Virus record (IMG/VR): IMGVR_UViG_3300035670_010208
Location: 1 to 63,037 of that record
Source: a virus
Lineage: Duplodnaviria > Caudoviricetes
DNA length: 63,037 nt
Direction: 5' to 3' (one strand)
The position numbers and the translations under genes were made by a program. Shown piece by piece: positions 48,566-57,046 of the stretch; the first letter of the stretch is position 1, and each line of letters opens with the position of its first letter. The notes under the pieces are model-generated. The model saw only the letters and a program-made list of their open reading frames with translations. It was not told the DNA's origin and did no database searches.

Positions 48566-49273
48566 TTTTATTAGACTGCCTAATAGTCGAAGATATCTTT
48601 CTTCTACTTTTTTAAGTTTTTTATAATAATTAAAATCCTCTCCAAGATGATCTCTTGCTATTTCTTTTGCAATCCTAATACTTGATGTATGTTCTAGTTC
48701 TTTTTTTGAACCTGCTTTTATTCTTTTTACAACTTCTTTTGTAGATACAGAATATTTCTCAGCAAGCTCTTTTACTGTTGGCGTTTTTTTGTCTAGATAT
48801 TCTTTTCTTTTTTTTCTTTTTGCTTCATTGATAGATTCATTTCTTGTGTCGAAAAATTTAACGACAACTGGTATCTTGGTATTGGATGGATATCCAAGTT
48901 TTTTAAGAGTCATTATTCTATGATTTCCTTCTCCGACATATGGTTTTCTATCTTTATTTTTGTCAACTATAACAAACATTGGTTTTTCAAAATCATACCC
49001 TTTTGATTTTATTGATTTGTATAGCTCTTCATTTTCTTCTGGAGTATTTGCAGGATATACACTTCTGTCCCATTCTTTTATAGAATCCAAATCTTTCAAT
49101 GTCATATACATGTGAAAACCTTCTTCTTCGTATAGTTTATAACCTTTTATCCACTGATTCTGGATGTCAAAAATGTCTACTGATCTTTTTAAGAAATCCT
49201 CAAGTTCAAAGAGTTCATAGTAGTAAGTGAATCTAGGGATATCTTCAAATTTTTTTATATTTCTATCTGACAT
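48563..49273 (-). CDS. ParB/Srx-like domain plus C-terminal E-x-EH...IA.DHL.E module (DUF5661-like)
   Basis: LYKSIKSKGY...P...VGEGNHR...IPV, then a SINE-A linker, then ELEHTSSIRIAKEIARDHLGEDFNYYKKL. Confidence 0.7.
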   Translation of the reverse strand: MSDRNIKKFEDIPRFTYYYELFELEDFLKRSVDIFDIQNQWIKGYKLYEEEGFHMYMTLKDLDSIKEWDRSVYPANTPEENEELYKSIKSKGYDFEKPMFVIVDKNKDRKPYVGEGNHRIMTLKKLGYPSNTKIPVVVKFFDTRNESINEAKRKKRKEYLDKKTPTVKELAEKYSVSTKEVVKRIKAGSKKELEHTSSIRIAKEIARDHLGEDFNYYKKLKKVEERYLRLLGSLIK

Positions 49274-49288
49274 TTTTTATTTCCTATA

Positions 49289-50245
49289 TCATAAATATAA
49301 ATTTAATTCTGTTTGATTGTAAGTTTTTTTAAGATACTCCAAACCTTTGTCAAAACCTTTCATGTCTGCATTTGGATATGTATTTTTAATATATCTACAA
49401 ACAAAAAGATAAAAGAATATCCTTAGTTCGTTTTCTATTTCATATTCCGTAGCGCTTCTTGCTAAAAAGAGGCATAAATCTCTCTCTGTCTTTCTGGATA
49501 TTATATATGACCTATATAAACTTTTGGCATATGCTTCTATTTCGAATAAAGATAAGTAAAAATGCGAGTCATCACTCTGTGGAACTAAAACATATTTATC
49601 AAATACATCTTTTTCTTCATTTGATTTAGGAGCAATTTTATTATATATAAGCTCGTGACGCCTGCTTATCTCGCTATTTCCTAATAGTTTTGATTTTTTG
49701 GTTATATCTAAATCAGATCCTTGTTTAAGATGAGCTAATTCGTGCTCTACGGCTGAATAGATTTCTTTTTTAATATCGTTATATTTTCTTCTAAAAAAAT
49801 TTATATCTGCTTGCTTGTTTTCTGTAAAAAATAAATTTACTGTTATGTTTAGGTTAAAAATTAATTTCTCTTTATTTTCTCGTAAAGAGCTATTCATAAA
49901 CCCTCCCACTTGAAAAGTAGGATAGTCTTCTTTTTCTTTTATATTTATAGTGTAATATAATTTAGAAGTTACTTTTTTATACTTTTTAAGTAGTTTGTTA
50001 TAGATTTTTTCTTTTTGCGGTAAATCTACATCTTCTGTTTTTTCTTTTGAAAATATTTTAAGAGCATCAAGGCCTATTAGTTCTATAAATTTCTTAAAAA
50101 AAGATTTTTTTACAATTTTTCCCTGCGACTCTATCTTGTTCTTTACGTCTGAAAATATAGCATTAGCATACTCTCTTATTATCTGTTTGTTTTGTCCAGA
50201 TAGAGCCTCATTTATGTTGAAAAGAATTATCTTCACATCAGTCAT
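49289..50245 (-). CDS. Hypothetical protein with HExxH motif
   Basis: EHELAHLKQ and FYLSLFEIEAYA; N-terminal INE-A site. Confidence 0.7.
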   Translation of the reverse strand: MTDVKIILFNINEALSGQNKQIIREYANAIFSDVKNKIESQGKIVKKSFFKKFIELIGLDALKIFSKEKTEDVDLPQKEKIYNKLLKKYKKVTSKLYYTINIKEKEDYPTFQVGGFMNSSLRENKEKLIFNLNITVNLFFTENKQADINFFRRKYNDIKKEIYSAVEHELAHLKQGSDLDITKKSKLLGNSEISRRHELIYNKIAPKSNEEKDVFDKYVLVPQSDDSHFYLSLFEIEAYAKSLYRSYIISRKTERDLCLFLARSATEYEIENELRIFFYLFVCRYIKNTYPNADMKGFDKGLEYLKKTYNQTELNLYL

Positions 50246-50687
50246 CCCACTTGAGAAATAGAGCTTTTGGCCTGATATGTAATATCTTACAAACCATTAG
50301 CCTGGTATTGCCAGATACCAATTCGTATTCTCCCTCTTTTTTAATTACAACTGGGGCATCTACATATTTTTCTTCAATTATAGCTTTTAATATTTTTTTG
50401 TAATCTTTTTTATAATACTCAGAAATCTCTACAACCTTCTTGAAAGAATCTACTTTCCAAGAATCTGTATTTTTCAATTGCATCCAAATATAGTCGCTTA
50501 GCTCTCTCATGTTTGAATACTTAAATTGCTCTTTATAGTCTTCAAAATCATCATCAGATAATCTATCTTTTTTTAATTCTTTTTTAAGATATCTTTTTAT
50601 TTCTTCATATTCTTTTGAGAAAGATGGAAGTTGCCATCTAATCTGTAGCATTGACTCTAAAAGAGGTATAGAGAGCCTTAGTTTCAT
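50238..50687 (-). CDS. ParB/Srx-like domain protein
   Basis: APVVIKKEGEYELVSGNTRLM; N-terminal LLE-S site. Confidence 0.6.
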   Translation of the reverse strand: MKLRLSIPLLESMLQIRWQLPSFSKEYEEIKRYLKKELKKDRLSDDDFEDYKEQFKYSNMRELSDYIWMQLKNTDSWKVDSFKKVVEISEYYKKDYKKILKAIIEEKYVDAPVVIKKEGEYELVSGNTRLMVCKILHIRPKALFLKWDD

Positions 50688-50691
50688 ATCA

Positions 50692-50916
50692 TTATCCTTT
50701 TATTAGAACTTTAGATTTAGTTCTATTTATATATTCTGTTAAAATATTTACATCAACAAACTTTGTGCCAGTTGATACTTCAATAATTTCAATTTGTTTA
50801 TTAGAAGTGTTTCCTGCTGAAATAAAATATTTTTCACCAAAAGAGTCAAGAATGTTTTTTATGTTTTCAACTTTTCTATAATCTTTATTGTAATCGCAAT
50901 AAGTTATTCTAAACAT
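50692..50916 (-). CDS. Small hypothetical protein
   Basis: GGAG SD before the ATG at 50916. Confidence 0.55.
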   Translation of the reverse strand: MFRITYCDYNKDYRKVENIKNILDSFGEKYFISAGNTSNKQIEIIEVSTGTKFVDVNILTEYINRTKSKVLIKG

Positions 50917-50928
50917 TTTGTTCTCCAA

Positions 50929-52479
50929 TTAATTATCTTCTTTTTGATATTCGTATATACAAGCATCTGAAAGAACTAGCATTTTAACAACATTTGCAGC
51001 ATTCTCTACAGCATTAGAAAGACACATATGAACGTCAATAATCCCACTATCAAACGCATCTACTAGTTCTCCTGTTTTAAGGTTTAGTGCAAAACCTTTA
51101 GATGGCGATTTTCCGCCATGGTCAATATTAGCATTGCTGCACAGCCTATCAAAAGGTGCGAACAAGGCGTGTTTCCAGCTATCTAAGCTATTCTGCTCGC
51201 TCATACATGCTAGGGTACTGCCACCGCCTGCAACAATGCCAGATTTTATTGCAGACGCACAAGCAGAGATTGCATCTTCCGCCCTGTGTTTCCTTTCTAC
51301 TCTATCAAGTTCGTTATTTCCGCCTACATAAAGATACACTGCTGTTGATGACATGTTTGTGATTCTATTATGTAGCTTAATTTTCTCTACCTCATCTTCT
51401 GACGACTCTAGCTCTGCTCTTAGCTGAGATATCTTTAGTTCGATTGAGCCTTCTTTTGAATTTCCATTTACAACAAGACATTTCTGTTTTGTCATTTCAA
51501 GCTTTGAACAGAATCCTAAATCCTCAAGTTTGAAACTTTCTGGAATTGGTGTGTTTATAGCTTTGCCAAACTGTCTTGCGCCACAGAAAACACTAAGATC
51601 TTCAACAGCATCTGTCTTGTCTTTTCCAAAGAGAGATGTTTGAATTGGTATAAATTTGTTCTTGTATTTATCATCAGTTGATAACTGAAGTATCGTAGAG
51701 AGAACTTTGTCATCAAACTCATGAGCAAATAGAATTACGCTTCCTGGAATTGCTAACATAGATTTTAACATTGCCATGAATGGAGTTGAATGATTCAATA
51801 CGTCGTTGTGAATAAATATATGACAATTCTCTAGTACCAAAGAATTCTGATTTAGTGGAATCAATTTGCTGCTTGCAAGGCCGCCATTGAATCTAAAGCC
51901 ATCAAGAGTTTCTGTGTAAGAGAGAGCATTTGGTGTATCTTTGATTTGAATCATACCATCAGCTCCAACCTGTTCTATTGCGTCTGCAATAAGATTTGAT
52001 AAAAATTCATCTCCATTTGTAGATATTTTTGCAACATTATAAAGCTCTTCTTTTGTTTCAATGTTCTTTACATGTTTTACAACTTCAGATTTAAAAGTTT
52101 CTAAAAATTTATCAATCTTCTTTGCGATTTCAACTGGATGTTGACCTTCCTCTTTCATTTTCATGCAAGATTCTAGAAATTTGTATGCTAAAATTGTTGT
52201 GGTTGTTGTTCCATCGCCTGCAATTGTTGCTGTCTTCTTGGCAGAATTTCTAACGAAATCAACGCCAATTTTCTCAACCTCATCTTCTACATCAAAAAAT
52301 TTTGCTACGGTATAACCATCTTTTGTTACAATAGGTAGTTGTCCTGGCTGTTTAAGAATTACAGTTCTACCATTGGGGCCAAATGTTTTAGAAACTACAT
52401 CATGTAGTTTTTTGACTCCCGACAACACTTTTTTGTCAAAATCTGATTCTGATACTGTCTCTTTTTTTGTTTTAATCAC
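50929..52479 (-). CDS. groEL: Phage-encoded GroEL-like chaperonin
   Basis: TFGPNGRTV, VTKDGYTVA, AGDGTTTTT, ERKHRAEDA, GIVAGGG and GIID. Confidence 0.92.
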   Translation of the reverse strand: MIKTKKETVSESDFDKKVLSGVKKLHDVVSKTFGPNGRTVILKQPGQLPIVTKDGYTVAKFFDVEDEVEKIGVDFVRNSAKKTATIAGDGTTTTTILAYKFLESCMKMKEEGQHPVEIAKKIDKFLETFKSEVVKHVKNIETKEELYNVAKISTNGDEFLSNLIADAIEQVGADGMIQIKDTPNALSYTETLDGFRFNGGLASSKLIPLNQNSLVLENCHIFIHNDVLNHSTPFMAMLKSMLAIPGSVILFAHEFDDKVLSTILQLSTDDKYKNKFIPIQTSLFGKDKTDAVEDLSVFCGARQFGKAINTPIPESFKLEDLGFCSKLEMTKQKCLVVNGNSKEGSIELKISQLRAELESSEDEVEKIKLHNRITNMSSTAVYLYVGGNNELDRVERKHRAEDAISACASAIKSGIVAGGGSTLACMSEQNSLDSWKHALFAPFDRLCSNANIDHGGKSPSKGFALNLKTGELVDAFDSGIIDVHMCLSNAVENAANVVKMLVLSDACIYEYQKEDN

Positions 52480-53460
52480 TTAAATCCCCTCTGTTTTTAT
52501 GATGTCTAGTTTCGAGATTAGTTCATCTAGAAGCTTCATTGAGTAATATTGGTTACTGTTTAGTAAAAAGTCAAATTTATCTGTTCCTGTTTTTTCTTTT
52601 ATTGATTTAATAGTTTTATCAGACACTTGTCTCTTGTCCCAAATAGATTTTCTGTGTGGTTCAATATAATCAGTCATTGTAACATGGAAAGAGTTTTCGT
52701 ACTCATCTATATCTGGTTGATACATGAATAGTTTGTAGCCAGATGTTCCACAATAACAAGGAACAGCATCGATGCAATAAATGTTACTATCTTCTGCTGC
52801 GAAAATTATTCTTGCGACATATTTGTCGTTGTAGTCGAAATTTTGACTGACATATTCATCATGGTCATGAAGTTCAAGATCTTCAAGATAACTGTAGAAC
52901 ATTTCGGCAGCTTTATCTCTTGATATTTTACCTTTAGCTTGCTCTTCTGAAAAAAGTATTCCTAGATACACAAAGGAGTCTAATGTAATAGTTATATCTT
53001 CTAATGTGTCATCATTCGCATAAAATTTTATTCTTACATCAATTTCGTTATCTGTGAAATCTCCCGAATATCTGTACCACTCAATATCATATTTAGACAA
53101 CACTCTAGCTATGTTAGCTACATTTATTGCAGCTTCTATTGATTCAAATATCATAGACATATCAGATTCGTCTTCAATAAAGAATTCGAAAGGGTTGTCA
53201 GAAAATTCGCTTTCAAACCTGAATATAAAACCATTATCTTCTTCGTATAGTCTTACTAAAGCCACATCTCTATCTTCTATTGCCAGTCTGCCTTTATATT
53301 CACTAGATGATTCGTCATACTGTATTCCATTGTGATAAAAATAGTCCTTTTCTTTCAAAAAATCTAAAAGATGTTTAAGATAATCATGAATTGGCTTGTA
53401 ATATAAAATTTTTTTTGATGAGAAAATATTTTTTATTATTTTTGAAACATCTAGTCTCAT
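52480..53460 (-). CDS. Hypothetical acidic protein
   Basis: 326-aa ORF in the operon. Confidence 0.7.
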   Translation of the reverse strand: MRLDVSKIIKNIFSSKKILYYKPIHDYLKHLLDFLKEKDYFYHNGIQYDESSSEYKGRLAIEDRDVALVRLYEEDNGFIFRFESEFSDNPFEFFIEDESDMSMIFESIEAAINVANIARVLSKYDIEWYRYSGDFTDNEIDVRIKFYANDDTLEDITITLDSFVYLGILFSEEQAKGKISRDKAAEMFYSYLEDLELHDHDEYVSQNFDYNDKYVARIIFAAEDSNIYCIDAVPCYCGTSGYKLFMYQPDIDEYENSFHVTMTDYIEPHRKSIWDKRQVSDKTIKSIKEKTGTDKFDFLLNSNQYYSMKLLDELISKLDIIKTEGI

Positions 53461-53475
53461 TTTATAAGTTTCCTT

Positions 53476-54072
53476 TTATTTCTTTTTATCTAAAGCTTTT
53501 TTCGCTACAGACTTCTGGTGTTTTTCCGCCTCTTTTCTTACTGTGCTGTACAAAAACTTTAGAACTCTTTTTGACATGCAAGCATCTAAATGCTTACATC
53601 CAATGCCTTGTAGTGTAGGGTTAGTGATTGGAGATGGTATTTTTTGTAAGTAAGTTCCGGCTCCTTTTTGGCTCGCTGCGTAAGAATAATGATACCAAAA
53701 AGAAGGGCACGTACAAAAAACACCTAAATCTCCATTGTACAAAAAGTCTGTTATTTCTTTTGAGGATTTATCATTTTGAACAAGATTGACAACTTCTGGC
53801 CAAGTTAGAAATTTGATATATACATCATAAGTACGTTCACTGGTTTTTAGCCATTCTCCAGAAGATTCATGTTTGAACTTAAACATTCCATTTTTAAAGC
53901 TTTCGAAGCTAGGAAACTTATCAGCTTTTTTCTGCATGTAATCTACATGATCGCCATGGTTATAGAATCTTGTGGCCCTCTGAGTTTTGAAAAGATCAAT
54001 AATGTCATCATGTTTCAATTCTTTTATAAGCTTTTCCATTTCTTCAAAAATTAGGTTGTCAATCTTGTTCAT
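53476..54072 (-). CDS. SWIM zinc-finger protein
   Basis: FCTCPSFWY...GIGCKHL (CxCx(n)CxH). Confidence 0.7.
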   Translation of the reverse strand: MNKIDNLIFEEMEKLIKELKHDDIIDLFKTQRATRFYNHGDHVDYMQKKADKFPSFESFKNGMFKFKHESSGEWLKTSERTYDVYIKFLTWPEVVNLVQNDKSSKEITDFLYNGDLGVFCTCPSFWYHYSYAASQKGAGTYLQKIPSPITNPTLQGIGCKHLDACMSKRVLKFLYSTVRKEAEKHQKSVAKKALDKKK

Positions 54073-54092
54073 GTTATATTCCCCAATAATTA

Positions 54093-55487
54093 TTATCTAT
54101 TATAGAACCATTCACAAAACATTCCACTTTCTTTATCTACGCAATAAAAAGTTAAACCTTTGTTTGATGAGGTAAACCCATTTAATTCATGCCATCTATC
54201 TGCACCTGCTACAGATGGAACTTGAATCTGCATTACTCCATAATAGTCTTGAATGTGTTTATGGTGTTTGTGTCCTACAAAGAAATATGTGTATTTTGTA
54301 TCTGCCCATAATTCTCTTGCCTCTTGTGGAATGAGTAGTGGCATGTTTTTTGGAGCGGCTCCATCTCCATGAGAGAAGCAAAGTAATGAATTTCCATATT
54401 TTTCATAATGCCTGCTTTTGATTTGAATTTTTAAGTCTTCAAAAGAGCAAACGCCACTAATGTCTCCGAATAGAGTCTCTACTCTTGGATTATTTCTAAA
54501 CCAAAAAGCAACCATACAATAAAGAGATATGCTTGTATCTTTATCGTGGTTGCCTGGAGTTGGAATCAATTTAACTTTTTCTGAAAGCAACAATAGTCTA
54601 TCTACCATATTGATTGCCTCAAATACGCCAGAAACAATCATATGAGAGTACGAAGATTCAGAGTCTTGTGGAGTACCTCTAGTCGTTGTGTTTTTAGAAC
54701 TGTCAATATGTAAGAAATCGCCGCCTAAAGTAAAATATATCTTTTCTGGGTTTCCATTTTTTACAATCTTATCTTCCAAAAAATCAAACGCATTTTTAAC
54801 AGCATTTTTTAAAATGTCATAATTGTGCTCATTCTTGTCGCCTACATCAATCTTTTTAGAAAGTTTACCCCAATGAAAGTCCTGCAAAGGAAAGATTAGA
54901 GAGTAAGGCTTATAGCTTCTTGTAAAGTTATGAACTTTTGGAGGTTCATAGTTTTTACAATTTCCAGCAATAGTTGTAAGGATTGAGTCGAGTACAGTTT
55001 TCTTGAAATTCCTCCACTTTTTAGACTCTTCTTTTACTAGAGCATATTCTTTTTCTTGTACTGATTGATTTAATCTTATCTCTCTTAACTCATCTACGAT
55101 TTCAAATAGCTTATCAGATGTAAGCTCCTTCTTTTCGTGAATTGTTACTGGTATACTTTCATGAGTTAGATCATTCTCTTTTAAAAATTTTCTAACAGTC
55201 TCTTTTGGAATGTTTAACTTTGTTGATATTTTAAATATTGATTTAGGAGAACCGTGATGACTAGAGTAGAGAGCCAGGATTGTCTTTTTTTGCTCTTCTG
55301 ACAGCAAAAATTCAAAATTAGAATCGTCTATATAATGACTTGGAGGATGAAGGGAGTATTTCTGAAATTTCTTTCTAAGAGTTCTCTCGTTCATGCTTAG
55401 TTTTTGTGCAGCTTGAGATACTGATTTGCTTTCTCTGAGAGTTTTGATTGCTTTTTCTACAAAAGAGTTTAGTTTATTTTTTGTCAT
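54093..55487 (-). CDS. HTH-containing calcineurin-like metallophosphoesterase
   Basis: DFHWG, GGDFLH, GNHD, HGD and GHKHH; N-terminal SVSQAAQKLSMNERTLRKK HTH. The ATG at 55487 has an SD. Confidence 0.82.
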   Translation of the reverse strand: MTKNKLNSFVEKAIKTLRESKSVSQAAQKLSMNERTLRKKFQKYSLHPPSHYIDDSNFEFLLSEEQKKTILALYSSHHGSPKSIFKISTKLNIPKETVRKFLKENDLTHESIPVTIHEKKELTSDKLFEIVDELREIRLNQSVQEKEYALVKEESKKWRNFKKTVLDSILTTIAGNCKNYEPPKVHNFTRSYKPYSLIFPLQDFHWGKLSKKIDVGDKNEHNYDILKNAVKNAFDFLEDKIVKNGNPEKIYFTLGGDFLHIDSSKNTTTRGTPQDSESSYSHMIVSGVFEAINMVDRLLLLSEKVKLIPTPGNHDKDTSISLYCMVAFWFRNNPRVETLFGDISGVCSFEDLKIQIKSRHYEKYGNSLLCFSHGDGAAPKNMPLLIPQEARELWADTKYTYFFVGHKHHKHIQDYYGVMQIQVPSVAGADRWHELNGFTSSNKGLTFYCVDKESGMFCEWFYNR

Positions 55488-56280
55488 TATTGCTCCCTTT
55501 GATTGATTTTGTAATTGATTCCAAATCAAGACCAGCACAATCAATCTTATTTGGTGTCAAATGATAATGACAAATAACTCCTTTAAAAGACCCTGTTGCG
55601 CATTTTTCGTCCCATTTATCTTTATTTGGGTGCTCTACTGGTATATTGTAAAATTTGGTTAAAAAATTAACTAGCTTCTTGTAGCTCTCTATTTGCTTTG
55701 GATAATATCCAAGATGAGTGTTTTTCGATCCCTGACACACAGAGGTTATTACTGGCCTCTCTTCTCCAACATTTTTCTTGTACCAATCTTGATACTTAAG
55801 ATAATAAGCGTTTGAGAAATCAATACCGATAGAATCATCATTCCAAGAAACACCTCTTGGAATTTTTACACCTCTTTTAGACAAAAGATCTCTATCTACT
55901 GTAGTGGGACCAGCGTGCCACGAGATATCATTACAATCTACAAGCTGATAGATGTGTCCGTCATTATCAATACTAAAATGTGTAGAAATACCTCTTGAAG
56001 CCAACACTCTAAAGCAACTATCAGAAGAAAGTGTAGCGTCCCAGTGCGTAACAATGTATTTTGGAGTTCTTATTGTTTTTACTTTTTTATAACATTTGTC
56101 CGGTAGACCTTTCCATGTCACATCAAAATCTACTTCGACTGTTTTTCCAGAAATAAATATATAATTTTTTTTAGCTGGCTGAGACTCTTCTATTTTAGAT
56201 ATAGTAAAATCGTGGTCTTCTGCTTTGTTGTTTTTTTGTGGTACAAAATTAAAAATATTTTTTAAGAACGAAAATCCCAT
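55474..56280 (-). CDS. N-acetylmuramoyl-L-alanine amidase (Amidase_2), putative endolysin
   Basis: IVTHWD, STHFSIDNDGHIYQLVD...SWHAG, SIGID and CHYHL...KIDC. Confidence 0.85.
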   Translation of the reverse strand: MGFSFLKNIFNFVPQKNNKAEDHDFTISKIEESQPAKKNYIFISGKTVEVDFDVTWKGLPDKCYKKVKTIRTPKYIVTHWDATLSSDSCFRVLASRGISTHFSIDNDGHIYQLVDCNDISWHAGPTTVDRDLLSKRGVKIPRGVSWNDDSIGIDFSNAYYLKYQDWYKKNVGEERPVITSVCQGSKNTHLGYYPKQIESYKKLVNFLTKFYNIPVEHPNKDKWDEKCATGSFKGVICHYHLTPNKIDCAGLDLESITKSIKGSNNDKK

Positions 56281-56283
56281 GTT

Positions 56284-56922
56284 TTATCCCCCTATGATAT
56301 CATCAATAATGCCATATTTTTTAGCTTCTTCTGCGGTGAAGTAGTGATGATGTCCGCCTTCAATTAGTTTAAGAATCTTTTTTTCTGTTAATTTTGTGTT
56401 AGCGGCTATACTCTTTACATACATATCTTGTATATATTTTGCCTCATTGAATTCGTGATTGTTATAGGAAGTTGAGCCGCCTCCTGAATCAAAAACAACT
56501 TCGTGAATCATAAATCTCGTGTTCTTAGTAGAAAATCTCTTCTTTTTGGTGCCAGAACAGGCCAGTAAAACTCCAGCGCTCATAGTTTTTCCAATGCAAA
56601 TTATTTTTATATCTCTTTCTGTTTTTATTAAATTCATAACATCGATCATGGCAAACATGTCATCCGTGTTTCCACCACTTGTGCTAATATATACTTCGAT
56701 CTCTAAACCTTTTTCTAGCCTGTCATGAAGCGTTATTAGGTTTGCAATAAAATCAGAAGATGTCTTTTCGTTTACTGGACCATAAAACATAACTTTATTT
56801 ATGATTTCATCATCTTCTTGTCCTAAAGGTAAAAATTGAAAATTTATATTTTCTTTTTTATCTTCCGTTGTTTCTTCTGTATCTACCTCATCTTCTTCTA
56901 TTTTCTTCTTCTTTGTTGTCAT
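56284..56922 (-). CDS. clpP: ClpP-like protease proteolytic subunit
   Basis: YISTSGG, GKTMSAG, RFMIHE and TAEEAKKYGIID; strong AAGGAGGTGA SD before the ATG at 56922. Confidence 0.88.
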   Translation of the reverse strand: MTTKKKKIEEDEVDTEETTEDKKENINFQFLPLGQEDDEIINKVMFYGPVNEKTSSDFIANLITLHDRLEKGLEIEVYISTSGGNTDDMFAMIDVMNLIKTERDIKIICIGKTMSAGVLLACSGTKKKRFSTKNTRFMIHEVVFDSGGGSTSYNNHEFNEAKYIQDMYVKSIAANTKLTEKKILKLIEGGHHHYFTAEEAKKYGIIDDIIGG

Positions 56923-56940
56923 GCTCACCTCCTTTTTTGT

Positions 56941-57023
56941 AAAAAAAAACCTCTAAACTACTATTCGTAAGATTCTCGTCAAAACATAATGACGGAATAA
57001 ATTACGAAAATGCAATTTAGAGG
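56941..57023 (-). other. Long multi-bulged RNA hairpin followed by a U9 tract (terminator, attenuator or small RNA)
   Basis: Nested inverted repeats CCTCTAAA/TTTAGAGG, TTCGTAA/TTACGAA, ATTC/GAAT and CGTCA/TGACG. Confidence 0.7.
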
Positions 57024-57046
57024 GGTATTATAAAAAATATTTTAGA

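Noticed and set aside
50692-50916. Small ORF after groEL as a possible GroES
   Set aside because: Lacks the PLxDRV start and the mobile-loop GGI motif of GroES.
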